A stretch of DNA of 64,000 nt from Candidatus Micrarchaeota archaeon (lineage in GTDB: Archaea > Micrarchaeota > Micrarchaeia > Anstonellales > Bilamarchaeaceae), in assembly GCA_032123335.1 (NCBI GenBank), contig JAQBFN010000012.1, forward strand, positions 91 through 64,090, written 5' to 3'. Shown piece by piece: positions 1 to 9,222 of the stretch (position 1 is its first letter; each line of letters begins with the position of its first letter). The position numbers and the translations under genes were made by a program. A model generated the notes under the pieces. That model did no database searches and was not told where the DNA came from. It was given only the letters and a program-made list of their open reading frames with translations.

Positions 1-693
1 CTGTACTTTCTTTCTTCCGGATTCCCTTTCCTTTGTTTTGAATATGCCTGCGAGATAGATGCGGATTACAGGAATTGCGGCCAATCCTAAAATGGAAATG
101 AGGAAAGAGGCGATGGGAACAAGTTCCCTGGGCATTATGCTGGCAAGGGGGGAGGTTGCAATTCCTTCCTTTGCAGGGTTCCCATACCCGCGCAAATCAG
201 AAAATATGTAATATTTGCCTGCACCTGGAGTGATGCCGGAGCGAACTATCATGTTTTCGGAAATCTCCCAGGTGCGCGTGGAAAGCTCATGGGATTCTAA
301 ATAGCGGGCAACGTCGTTCTGGCTGGGCCCACCGAGAAGCACAAGGAATGCGTCTGTGCGGAGGAGCTCCATGGCTTCCTGGTCCCTTATTTTGCGGAAC
401 TTGGAGAGAACCGGGTCCTGGTTTACGAACGCAAGCAGCGCTTCTCTCTCCGCAATGGAAAGGTCTGTCCCGATTACGATGTAGCCTTTTTCCTGGATTA
501 TGTCCCTTAGGGAAATGCCTCCATAGTAATCGCGAACGTCCCGCACAATAAAGTTAAGCTGCTCGTTCGTGTGTGCATCAGCATTGAGGAATTCGGGGAG
601 GCGGACTTCGGAATTAACAGTGGAATCCATAGGTACGGCTGCCCATAACGGAAGTATGAATACTAAGAGTGCGAATAATGCGAAAAAACGCAT
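1..693 (-). CDS. Secreted/type-I membrane protein; 3' end runs off the window start (231 codons visible)
   Basis: My translation of the minus strand from the ATG at 693 gives MRFFALFALLVFILPLWAAVP (signal-peptide-like). The frame stays open to position 1. A hydrophobic helix VPIASFLISILGLAAIPVIRIYLAGIF is followed by a basic tail. It is absent from the ORF track because there is no stop in the window. Confidence 0.55.
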   Translation of the reverse strand, partial: MRFFALFALLVFILPLWAAVPMDSTVNSEVRLPEFLNADAHTNEQLNFIVRDVRDYYGGISLRDIIQEKGYIVIGTDLSIAEREALLAFVNQDPVLSKFRKIRDQEAMELLRTDAFLVLLGGPSQNDVARYLESHELSTRTWEISENMIVRSGITPGAGKYYIFSDLRGYGNPAKEGIATSPLASIMPRELVPIASFLISILGLAAIPVIRIYLAGIFKTKERESGRKKVQ

Positions 694-737
694 GAGAAAA
701 AGATAAAAGAAAGAGTTTAAATTGGTTTATCTAACTT

Positions 738-3041
738 TCAGAGGAAGAGCTCCCTGTACACCCTCCTCATGTAAGGATAGATGTTGGTTGTGGAGAGCTC
801 GCTCCCGATTGTTACCCAATCAACTGCAGGCTTCTCGGCCTGGTGGGCTTTTCTCGTGCGCATGGACTGCACTGTCCTGCTCAGCCGGATTATCTCGGTT
901 GCAAAGTCAACTTCATCTCCGGTCCCCTTTACGATTGCCATGTTCCTGCCTGAGAAAGAAAGCTTTTCGAGCACTTCGATAGTTTCCTGCGGGAAAATAT
1001 TTTCTAGTGCCCCTTTCTTCTTTGCTTCCTTGTTCCTCTCAATGAGCAGGTTCTTGGATACCTTGTGGAGGGTCTTGATTGTTTCAACTACTTCGGGGCC
1101 ATGGTCGGCCTGCACTGTGGAAAGGGACTTTGCAAAAATCCCCCCAATCCTCTGTGCCTTGGAGAACGCGGTTGTGACTCCCTGATCGCTGTCAGGGGGG
1201 TCTGCGAGCTTGAGCAGCCCCACTTCTGCAAGAAGGGAGGGAAGCACTATGCGCTTTGCAATGTATTCCTTGAGTGCCTCTTCCTTAATGTTTCCTTTTG
1301 AATCGAATACTCCGAGCCCAACCATCTTCTCCTGGAGATTCTGGAGATAGTTATCAGGCTGGCTGCCCCAGTTCTTCTGAATTTCATCGAGTACATAAAG
1401 TGCAGTCCCTGTTGCCCTGCAGGCTGTGCTGAATGCAAAGGATGGGGAACCGGTGTGCTGCATCAGGTACATGATGTAGAACTCCGCAAGCGGGTTGAAG
1501 TTGGTCTTTGTGGGGCACCCATAATGGGTTGAAACATCCTCAACGAATTTTTCGAGTTCGGATTTCTGCCCATTCTCTCCCTGGTATTCACCACCCAAGA
1601 AGAGATTCCTGAACTCGCATTCCTTTGGGACGGAGCCAATATCTTCCTTAAAAGTAAGGTAGTTGCGGAGGCACCAGACATTTATTTCGTTCTTGTCCAG
1701 ACCCTTGAGCTTTATGCCGGTTGCCTTTGCGAACTTCTCCTGGTAATATTCCCTTCCAACTGAGTTTTCAATTGCGGAGAAATCTTCAAGCTTGCAAATC
1801 TTTTTCCTAACCGCGTCAACAAGGAGGGTTTTCATTCTCATCTCATGCTTTTCCCTCTCAAGAAGATAATGTGTGTCTGCGTCCTGCAGCTGGTCATCCT
1901 GCAGGTTGCGCCTTTCAAAAACATGGAACAGAATTCCGCAGAGCTTTGCTGCACGTGCGCGAAGCTCATATTCACCCATAAGAATGTCTTTTTTGTCTGG
2001 GCTCTTGCCCCCAAACTCTTTTTCTATCTTCCTTAGTGCCTTATCAATTGAATCCAGTGCTTTTTGTATCTCTTCTGCAGGCTGCGCAGGGACCATGCGG
2101 AAATACGGGTCAAGGTACCTGTGTGCTGCCCCATCCACCACAATCTCATCTTTCTGGGCAATGCCGTTGAACCTTGCTGCCCTGTTCATAGTGTCGCAGA
2201 TTACTGTAGGCCTTATCTGGTTCTTGTTTATGAAAATGTCGCCCATTGCCATTGAGGCGCGGATGTGTATCCTAAGGGATTCTGCATGTCCCCTGGACCC
2301 AAGCTCGTGGTTAACGAGCTCATTGTGCTTTGCGAAAAGCGTATTTACTGAAAGAAGAACTCTTGCCGCTTCTGTTGCGCAGAGGCTCATGTTGCCCCCT
2401 GTGGCCATCACTACCTGGGAAAGTGCATCTCCTATGAGCGTGTCCATCATTGCGCGGAACGGGACTGAAGAGCAGATGAGGTATTTATGCATCCTGCCCA
2501 CTGTTGCATCCACTTCCTGCTGGGAACGGTTCTTTGCATCCCTTGTGGATTCGGCCTGGTCGGTCATGAGCGCGCATCCCATGAAGTCATGCTCCGCATG
2601 CGGAATTGTGCTGTGCTCAACAATTGAGCGGTTGAAATCAGAAACTACTGTATCCAATATGATATTCAGGCGAAGGGTGAAATCATCCAGGGGGTTGTCC
2701 ACTCCCAGGAAGCTTGGCACTTTTTCCCTTTCCCAGGTGTTGGGGTCAATATCAAATGGGCTCTGTGCAAGCCATTCAAAAAAGAGCTCCCTCTGGGAAT
2801 CCGGGCAAAGGAGCATCATCTCCTTGAGCTTTGCATCCATCTTGTCCTGGTCGTGAAAAAGGGCATTAAGCCTGCAGTATTCCGGGAGCCTCTGCTTTGC
2901 AGGGTGCTTGAGCTCCACCTTGGTGGGCCTGAGCTTCCCTTCCTGCTCCAGTTCTGTTCTGCAGCCTGGTTTCCTTTTCTTTTCTTGTGGCCCGTCTGAA
3001 ACAATGGGCTTCTGGATATTCCTTCTGTTAGATTTCTCCAT
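738..3041 (-). CDS. Large orphan protein (about 767 aa) with a degenerate class III nucleotidyl-cyclase-like segment
   Basis: This is the 770-aa ORF. The ATG at 3041 (MEKSN) is preferred over the GTG at 3050. Residues about 185-320 resemble a cyclase homology domain (LRIHIRASMAMGDIF...VICDTMNRAARFNGIAQKDEIVVD). I recognised nothing else in the protein. Confidence 0.7.
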   Translation of the reverse strand: MEKSNRRNIQKPIVSDGPQEKKRKPGCRTELEQEGKLRPTKVELKHPAKQRLPEYCRLNALFHDQDKMDAKLKEMMLLCPDSQRELFFEWLAQSPFDIDPNTWEREKVPSFLGVDNPLDDFTLRLNIILDTVVSDFNRSIVEHSTIPHAEHDFMGCALMTDQAESTRDAKNRSQQEVDATVGRMHKYLICSSVPFRAMMDTLIGDALSQVVMATGGNMSLCATEAARVLLSVNTLFAKHNELVNHELGSRGHAESLRIHIRASMAMGDIFINKNQIRPTVICDTMNRAARFNGIAQKDEIVVDGAAHRYLDPYFRMVPAQPAEEIQKALDSIDKALRKIEKEFGGKSPDKKDILMGEYELRARAAKLCGILFHVFERRNLQDDQLQDADTHYLLEREKHEMRMKTLLVDAVRKKICKLEDFSAIENSVGREYYQEKFAKATGIKLKGLDKNEINVWCLRNYLTFKEDIGSVPKECEFRNLFLGGEYQGENGQKSELEKFVEDVSTHYGCPTKTNFNPLAEFYIMYLMQHTGSPSFAFSTACRATGTALYVLDEIQKNWGSQPDNYLQNLQEKMVGLGVFDSKGNIKEEALKEYIAKRIVLPSLLAEVGLLKLADPPDSDQGVTTAFSKAQRIGGIFAKSLSTVQADHGPEVVETIKTLHKVSKNLLIERNKEAKKKGALENIFPQETIEVLEKLSFSGRNMAIVKGTGDEVDFATEIIRLSRTVQSMRTRKAHQAEKPAVDWVTIGSELSTTNIYPYMRRVYRELFL

Positions 3042-3170
3042 AAATATCACTTTTAGATGTGTTAATTAGTGTTACAAAACGTTTATAAAGATGTGGGAAG
3101 CGAATAGTGCAAAAAACAGACCACCCATATCCACCTTTTTAAACTATTCCCGCGCAAATAATATAATTGT

Positions 3171-4271
3171 ATGAGTGGGTCTGGCGTTTCGGATAGGGCA
3201 CGTATGGCACAGATTATACGGAGTGCCATATCAGATCAAAAAGACGATCAGAAGATTTTTCTCGCTATTTCTGAAAACGATGTGATGCCTATCGCGGAGA
3301 AGGCGATGCACCTGCTTGAGCCTTCTGAGGTGCGCAGACTCATATTCAAATGGTTCAGGGAGGGGAAGGTGGAAAACTGCCTTGCGGTGCTGGATGCTGC
3401 CATTGAGTATGCGGCAAAGATGAAGAGGCACGGGGACGGGGAAAAGAGCGTTGAGCTGCTTGGGGCGGCTGTGGGTGCAATTGAAGTCCTTTCAACCAGT
3501 GACGATTCTGCAAAGGAAAAGATTTTTTCGCTCCTTGAATATGGGGAGCCGAATGTGGTGGCAGCAGTAGTGGAGAACCTGGGGAGGAGCAATGAAATGG
3601 GGAGCTTCAAGAGAGTATGCGATTTGCTGCTGAGGGACGATTTCAATGTGCAGATGAGCGCGGTGAAATATGCTGAGGATTGTGCACGGGATGCTGCATT
3701 CCTTAAACGGCCGGATGCATATGCAATGGCACCTGCTGCTGAGGAGTTCATGAGGAATGCGCTGATTTCGCTTGAAAAAATATATGGGGGGCTCAAGGAA
3801 AAGGATGGGGGGCACGTACAGAAAAGAGTTGCAATCCTTGTAGCCATGACTTATAATGAGATTCTGGACACTACTGACTGGAAGCGCATGAATGAAGAAG
3901 AGGTGAATGAAGTTATTTACTACCATCTTGAGGAGCACCTGCATGAGAAAGTTGGGCCTGAGGCGCTTCCGCTTTTATTTAAAATGCTCAAACGAACCGG
4001 GATTGATGATGGGGTGAGGAAATGCGCCCTGAATACTATTGGGAGGATGAGCAATAAGGATGAGTACAGGGGCAGGGTCCGCTCCTGGGCAAGGAACTTT
4101 GCCGGGTTTGAGCGGTCCGGGGAACTTTTGAATGTTGCACGGATGATACGGGAATCCTGCATACATGGGAAGCGGTTTTCTTCTATTCCTGCACCTTCGC
4201 ATTTGAAAGCGAAATCCAGTATTATACCCAGAGGGGTAGCCCCAAGGGGAATAAAAAAACAGATTACCTGA
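3171..4271 (+). CDS. HEAT/ARM-like repeat protein, function unknown
   Basis: 366-aa ORF. Helical repeats of the type EPNVVAAVVENLGRSNE / DFNVQMSAVKYAEDCA. An AT-rich box at 3135-3144 lies about 30 nt upstream of the ATG. Confidence 0.55.
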   Translation: MSGSGVSDRARMAQIIRSAISDQKDDQKIFLAISENDVMPIAEKAMHLLEPSEVRRLIFKWFREGKVENCLAVLDAAIEYAAKMKRHGDGEKSVELLGAAVGAIEVLSTSDDSAKEKIFSLLEYGEPNVVAAVVENLGRSNEMGSFKRVCDLLLRDDFNVQMSAVKYAEDCARDAAFLKRPDAYAMAPAAEEFMRNALISLEKIYGGLKEKDGGHVQKRVAILVAMTYNEILDTTDWKRMNEEEVNEVIYYHLEEHLHEKVGPEALPLLFKMLKRTGIDDGVRKCALNTIGRMSNKDEYRGRVRSWARNFAGFERSGELLNVARMIRESCIHGKRFSSIPAPSHLKAKSSIIPRGVAPRGIKKQIT

Positions 4272-5286
4272 ATGGGCGAGAATTTCTTCTTAAATCTAAT
4301 AAGTTTGGGCCTGCAAATAAGCTTAGGGATTTCTTGGCTCTTTCCAATTCGTTTGGGTCCATCATTGCGCGCAGGTCTGCATCAATTAAAATTGCAGGGT
4401 AAGCATAGGAGCGGTTTATGCTTGATATTGTGGAAATGAAATCTGCGGTTTCCTGGAAAGGCTTTTGGCCGTTTATGAATTCTATTCGCATTGGGCGGTC
4501 CCCTTGTACTGGTTTTACATAGAAAGCGCAGAGTTTTTCTCCCCATTTTCCTAATTCTCTTAGGACGTGGTGTTTTTGCGGGGATTCGGAATAGCGGAAT
4601 GCAAAAGTTCTTTCTCCTTCTTGTAGGAGGTGGTGAAGGAATACTGTATCGGAAGCTCTTTCTGAAACATAGGGGTGGAGCATTTCCACCATTCTTCTGG
4701 ATCTTGAATCTTTTATTACTCCGAGCAAAATGATGTTGTTTTCTGTGCAGAAGGTGTAGAGTTCTTTGTATGTGTTGAGAAGGGCCATGTATTTGGGGAA
4801 TAATCTGGATTCCTCTGCAGGGCGGTCGGCCATTAATGGGCAGATGGAGCCATCCAGGAGCAGGTGGCCGGGCTTCTCTTTTTGGGCGGTTTCTAATGCA
4901 TTTTGTATTTCCAGCTGAAGGCGGAAAAGGGATTTGTGCCAGTTCACTTCCCTTTCATCCAATCCTGTTTCTACATCGTAAGTGGGATGGGGGAATGCCC
5001 TTGGGTGATAAGTGTGGGAAAGAATTGCACCGTTTTCATAATTGAATGTGGAGGAAACTGCTTTTGCGATTAGTAAATCCGCGCCGTGCATTTCGTATGC
5101 AAGGATTCCTCCATCCACTGCGGAGATTTTTCCTTCTATTTTGATTTTGTTTAGGGGGAGGGCAAAACTGGGCTCGAGCGCATCTTTTGGAATTGGCGCC
5201 TCTGCCCTTACTTTTTGCGCGGACTGTGCCCTGGAGTTTTCTATTTCCTGTATGTGGGCTGCGGCTTTCTTCAGCTGCTCGAGCAT
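4264..5286 (-). CDS. nurA: NurA-family 5'-3' nuclease
   Basis: 340 aa. NurA-type motifs ISAVDGG, HLLLDGSICPL and GVIKDSRSRR are present in the expected order. Confidence 0.7.
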   Translation of the reverse strand: MLEQLKKAAAHIQEIENSRAQSAQKVRAEAPIPKDALEPSFALPLNKIKIEGKISAVDGGILAYEMHGADLLIAKAVSSTFNYENGAILSHTYHPRAFPHPTYDVETGLDEREVNWHKSLFRLQLEIQNALETAQKEKPGHLLLDGSICPLMADRPAEESRLFPKYMALLNTYKELYTFCTENNIILLGVIKDSRSRRMVEMLHPYVSERASDTVFLHHLLQEGERTFAFRYSESPQKHHVLRELGKWGEKLCAFYVKPVQGDRPMRIEFINGQKPFQETADFISTISSINRSYAYPAILIDADLRAMMDPNELERAKKSLSLFAGPNLLDLRRNSRPFR

Positions 5287-5354
5287 AAGAGTAGATTTGC
5301 ATTAGAGAATTAATAAATGAATTGGGGGTGGGGTTCCGGTGAGTTCTTTGGAGT

Positions 5355-6500
5355 TCATGGATTACCTCCCTTGCCATGTGTATGATGAGAACTTCGCATA
5401 TATTGCTCATCTATTGAGGTTACAAAACCTGCTTCAAAGATGGCTGCGTAGGGGCTGTTGTTATAATGTGCATTGAGCAGGCCATTCAAACGGTTTGAAT
5501 AGAAATCTTCCTGGATAAAGTCTCGTGGGGTTTTTTTGAGCTTCCAAACCAGCCATTTGGTTGCTGCGATTCTGTTTTCCTGGGAGTGGTAAATGGCATT
5601 TGGAGCAGACAGCAGTTCCCAGGGATAAATTTTCTCATTTTGGAAGTTGTCTGTCCTGGCATGTTGCAGCAATTCTTGAATTGAGTATGCATATCCTGCT
5701 TCAATAAGTGATTCATATGGGCTGTTGTTGTAACAATTGAGCAGTCCTCCAAGGCGGTTTGAATGGAAATCCCTTTTTAGGATGTCTCGTGGGAATTTTT
5801 TGAGCTTCCAAACCAGCCATTTGGTTGCTGCGATTCTGTTTTCTTTTCTTTTGTAAACGAAAGCGTCTGGGGTCATCTTCATCTCCCATGGGTAGATTTT
5901 ATCAGTTTGGAATTTGCCTGTTTTTGCATGCCGCAGAGATTCCTGAACTGAGTATGCGTAGCCTGTTTCTACAAGGGCTTCGTACTGACTGGATTTGTAA
6001 TAGCTGATGAGCAGTCCTCCAAGGCGGTTTGAATTGAAATTATCCTGAGTAATGTCTCTTGGGGGTTTTTTGAGTATTTTTTCCACCAGGAACCTGACTG
6101 CTTCTTTCTGTGTGCCTTCATCATCTTTCCATTTTGCCAGAGTTAATCTTATTCCACTTCTGTCTTCCGTATACCAACCCTGCATTATCCAGAAATCCTC
6201 CATTGTGGGGTTTTCTTCTGAAACTCTGGGAGTGTATTTGCCAAATATGGCTTCCGTGTCGGGCTTTGCAGACTTAAAAGAAACGGAAGGCAGTTCTTTC
6301 TTCAGTTCTGCTATTCTTGAAGCTAACTCCCCTTCAGGAATCCTTACTGAAATTGAAGTTCCTTTTCTTTTTGCAATTACATCGAAACCAAGTTTTTGCT
6401 GGATAGATTTGGGGATTTTTGCAAGGCCGCCGTGCTCTTTTGCCAACTGCTGGACCTTGCGCATTACTAGGGAGCGGTAGGTCTGGTCTGGGTTAGCCAT
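5355..6500 (-). CDS. Orphan protein with three tandem repeats of about 88 aa
   Basis: 381 aa. The unit (A)ATKWLVWKLKK.PRDI...F.SNRLGGLL..YNNSPYE(A/S)LIEAGYAYS..E.L.HA.T..FQ..KIYPWE occurs three times. It sits co-oriented 68 nt upstream of nurA. Confidence 0.7.
   Translation of the reverse strand: MANPDQTYRSLVMRKVQQLAKEHGGLAKIPKSIQQKLGFDVIAKRKGTSISVRIPEGELASRIAELKKELPSVSFKSAKPDTEAIFGKYTPRVSEENPTMEDFWIMQGWYTEDRSGIRLTLAKWKDDEGTQKEAVRFLVEKILKKPPRDITQDNFNSNRLGGLLISYYKSSQYEALVETGYAYSVQESLRHAKTGKFQTDKIYPWEMKMTPDAFVYKRKENRIAATKWLVWKLKKFPRDILKRDFHSNRLGGLLNCYNNSPYESLIEAGYAYSIQELLQHARTDNFQNEKIYPWELLSAPNAIYHSQENRIAATKWLVWKLKKTPRDFIQEDFYSNRLNGLLNAHYNNSPYAAIFEAGFVTSIDEQYMRSSHHTHGKGGNP
5385..6200 (-). repeat. 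Three tandem coding repeats of about 264 nt inside the CDS at 5355..6500
   Basis: The string gagcttccaaaccagccatttggttgctgcgattctgttttc occurs at 5538 and again at 5802 (period 264 nt). A third, more diverged copy lies near 6066-6072. Confidence 0.8.
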
Positions 6501-6627
6501 GTGTTATACTTAGTGTAGAGAAGTGTTTAAAAGAGTATCTTTTATGTATATGTGTGGGAAACACAGAAAAACCCACTAATCTGAGAAGCGTTAATAAACC
6601 CTTCTACGATAGCGGTTCCGTGTTACC

Positions 6628-7308
6628 ATGGTATTAAACACGTATACAAAAATGTTCCAGGCACTGTTGCCGAAGAACATCGAAGAATTTGCCAAGAAGG
6701 AGAAAGGCACAATTGGCGGAGGAATTAAGGTTTATGTCCTCGCCTGGATTGTTGGGCTCATTATCGGAGTTCTCGGCCTTCTTCTTGCAATAACGACGGC
6801 AGGTCCGGATATGCAGGCACTTTCCCAGATGATTGGGATGGATGTCGTGGGTATCCTCGGAGTAGTGATTCTGGTCATTAGTTCGATAATTGGGCTTGTC
6901 TGGGGGGTGGCTTCCCAGTACATTACACTGTACGTAGGAGGCTGGTGTGCAACCAGCTTCTTCGGCGGAAAGGGCAAGTTTGAACAGCTGTTTTATGTAG
7001 TTATGCTGTTTAGCGGTGCGGTGATGATCATCACTGCAGTGTTCGGAATTCTGGACGTGCTCGTTCCTGCGATTGCAGTGGTTACTGGAATTATCTCGCT
7101 TCTGCTTGGGCTCTGGACCCTGTACCTGCTCTATGTTACAATCAAGAGCATATACAAGGTTGAGCTTGGCGGCGGTGTGGTATCCACTCTTGCAGTGCTG
7201 GTTGCTGGAATTATACTCGCAATTATCGTGGGTGTAGTTCTCGTGATGGTCCTTGGAGTAGGAATGCTCGGAGGGGCCGCAGCAGCTGGCGCACTTGGCG
7301 GGATGTGA
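6628..7308 (+). CDS. Polytopic membrane protein, Yip1-domain-like
   Basis: 226 aa with about 5 hydrophobic helices. The [19 protein letters not shown]...[16 protein letters not shown] pattern is reminiscent of the Yip1 family. Confidence 0.5.
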   Translation: MVLNTYTKMFQALLPKNIEEFAKKEKGTIGGGIKVYVLAWIVGLIIGVLGLLLAITTAGPDMQALSQMIGMDVVGILGVVILVISSIIGLVWGVASQYITLYVGGWCATSFFGGKGKFEQLFYVVMLFSGAVMIITAVFGILDVLVPAIAVVTGIISLLLGLWTLYLLYVTIKSIYKVELGGGVVSTLAVLVAGIILAIIVGVVLVMVLGVGMLGGAAAAGALGGM

Positions 7309-7349
7309 ATCCCACCCTTTTTTCTTCTTTTTGTTTTCTAATTACCATT

Positions 7350-7697
7350 ATGTTGAATTATAAGCAGGCTATTGTGCTTCGCGCTGATTTGGAAATGGGA
7401 AAGGGAAAATTGGTGGCGCAGGGCTCGCATGCATCCCTGGTTGCGTATCTGAAGGCTGGGGCTGTGGAGAAGAAAGCCTGGGAGCTCGGGGGGCAGAAAA
7501 AGATTGTGCTTAAGGTTAAATCTGAGAAGGAGCTGCTGGAACATTTTGAATGGTGCAGGGATATTGGATTGAAGCCTGCACTTATCCGGGATGCGGGGCA
7601 TACGCAGATTCCCTCGGGTACTGTTACAGGATTTGGGGTTGGGCCTGCGGATGAGAAGGAAATAGACAAAATACTGGGGGAGCTGAAGCTTCTCTAG
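7350..7697 (+). CDS. pth2: Peptidyl-tRNA hydrolase, archaeal type (Pth2)
   Basis: [30 protein letters not shown]...[21 protein letters not shown] is a typical Pth2 sequence. The internal ATG at 7350 is chosen over the ORF-track start at 7305. Confidence 0.85.
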   Translation: MLNYKQAIVLRADLEMGKGKLVAQGSHASLVAYLKAGAVEKKAWELGGQKKIVLKVKSEKELLEHFEWCRDIGLKPALIRDAGHTQIPSGTVTGFGVGPADEKEIDKILGELKLL

Positions 7698-7705
7698 GCA
7701 ATTTC

Positions 7706-7715
7706 ATTTTTAAAC
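7706..7715 (+). promoter_or_regulatory. TATA-box-like element (atttttaaac) about 30 nt upstream of the ATG at 7741
   Basis: Read directly from the sequence. The spacing fits an archaeal TATA box at about -27, which implies a leaderless mRNA. Confidence 0.4.
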
Positions 7716-7740
7716 ACTCTCTTCCATATATCCTTACATT

Positions 7741-8451
7741 ATGGTTACTACGAACGACTACCACATCCGCGGTGCATTTCAGGCACTTCATAATAAGAAA
7801 TATTCAACCCGGACCTGGGGCTGCTCAGAACTGATGCGGATTGGGGATGATGCGGTCCCTTTTCTTCTGGAGGCGCTTAAGAGCGAGAACATGTACCATA
7901 GGAAGCAGGCAACATGGGTGCTGGGCAAGATGGGCGTGGATGAGGCGGCTCCCAAAATAGTCACTCTTTTGTCTGATGAAATGAGGCGTGTCCGCGCAAA
8001 TGCAGTGCTCGCTTTATGGAGAATAGGACGCGAAAAGTATGTTCCAGAGCTGGTTGGCTCGCTGCGTGATGAACATCCTGGTGTTAGAGGACAGGCAGCA
8101 TGGGTGTTGGGGGAGCTTGGAGATTCACGCGGGCTGATCCCCCTCTGCAATATGGTGATGTATGAGAAAAACCCGAGAGCAATCCGAATGGCAGTCAACG
8201 CCCTTGGCCAAATCCAGATTAAAACGAAGAAAGAGCTGCGCATCCTCTCCAACTGCGCAAGGACCTGCTCCCGCAAATGGAGAAACCTCGTTCAGCACAG
8301 GGAGGATGTGGAATACCTGCATGCTGCCTGCCGCAGAAATTCAGAACTGCTTGAAAAGGCCCTTGAACCGGACAAAAAACGATTTAGGAAAAAAAAGTGC
8401 GGGCGGAGCGCAGAGAAGCAGATGCTCCGCAAATGGTCCATTGAAGCTTAG
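7741..8451 (+). CDS. HEAT-repeat protein (PBS-lyase-type HEAT repeats)
   Basis: It shows repeated A(V/A)P.L...L.D....VR..A..ALG.IG units. Examples are AVPFLLEALKSENMYHRKQATWVLGKMG, VTLLSDEMRRVRANAVLALWRIG and LRDEHPGVRGQAAWVLGELG. Confidence 0.75.
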   Translation: MVTTNDYHIRGAFQALHNKKYSTRTWGCSELMRIGDDAVPFLLEALKSENMYHRKQATWVLGKMGVDEAAPKIVTLLSDEMRRVRANAVLALWRIGREKYVPELVGSLRDEHPGVRGQAAWVLGELGDSRGLIPLCNMVMYEKNPRAIRMAVNALGQIQIKTKKELRILSNCARTCSRKWRNLVQHREDVEYLHAACRRNSELLEKALEPDKKRFRKKKCGRSAEKQMLRKWSIEA

Positions 8452-8535
8452 TAATGCATCCTGGGCGGCTGGGAGAAATCCATTTATAAACATTTATGCC
8501 CATATATTGAATCCAGTTCTTTGTGTGGTGTAAAA

Positions 8536-9213
8536 ATGAAAAATACACTTATTCCAAATAGGGATGTTACGAATGCCCCCCGGCCAAGCCGGGCGCCTAG
8601 GGCTCCCACTGACAGTGAAGAAGGAAGGAAAATCAACCTGATGTTTGCGGAATTGAAAACCTCCAAAAACTTAATAGAAAAGCGGGAAGCCGCAGCCGGA
8701 TTGCTGAACGGGGAACACGGGATCAAAAACGAAATTATTGCGAAGTTCTTTCTCGGGCCCAAAGAGTTCCAGGAGGTCCTGGAGGATGCACGGGACATAG
8801 TACTCCCCCTGATAGAGCTCCTTGATGATGGGGATATTAATGTAAGGGTAAATGCCGCAAAAGCCCTGGGGGAAAAGGGAGATGAAAGGGCTCTTGTGCA
8901 GATGTGCGGGGGACTTGGGGAACCCGAATACTGGGCCAGGCATGAGTTTGGACGGGCGCTTGGGAAAATGTGCAGGAACATAAAGGATACTGAAGTGCTG
9001 GAGATGATGAGGGATGTAATTAAGCGGCACGTTGAAGAAAAGGGGGAATTCTCAGCCACGCTGAGGATGGTTTCCTCACGCCTTGGGGAGCTGGCGAAGC
9101 TTTCCGGGGACGAAAGGAAAACGCCTTTTGCAAATGTTCCTAAGATAGATGCAGGCCCACGCGCTGGTGCCAGGCCGGATACTACCATGAAACTGTTCAG
9201 GAAACAACATTAG
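8536..9213 (+). CDS. HEAT-repeat protein
   Basis: Contains LPLIELLDDGDINVRVNAAKALGEKGDERAL. The ATG at 8536 is preferred over the TTG at 8521. Confidence 0.65.
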   Translation: MKNTLIPNRDVTNAPRPSRAPRAPTDSEEGRKINLMFAELKTSKNLIEKREAAAGLLNGEHGIKNEIIAKFFLGPKEFQEVLEDARDIVLPLIELLDDGDINVRVNAAKALGEKGDERALVQMCGGLGEPEYWARHEFGRALGKMCRNIKDTEVLEMMRDVIKRHVEEKGEFSATLRMVSSRLGELAKLSGDERKTPFANVPKIDAGPRAGARPDTTMKLFRKQH

Positions 9214-9222
9214 GGGAGAAAA

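Noticed and set aside
1873-2856. 327-aa plus-strand ORF
   Set aside because: It lies entirely inside, and antisense to, the 767-aa minus-strand gene. Its Ser/Leu/Cys-rich translation looks non-protein-like. The minus-strand frame is much longer and has a plausible start and promoter.
8484-9188. 234-aa minus-strand ORF
   Set aside because: It is antisense to a HEAT-repeat gene whose repeats are clearly readable on the plus strand, and its own sequence is Ser/Pro-rich low-complexity.
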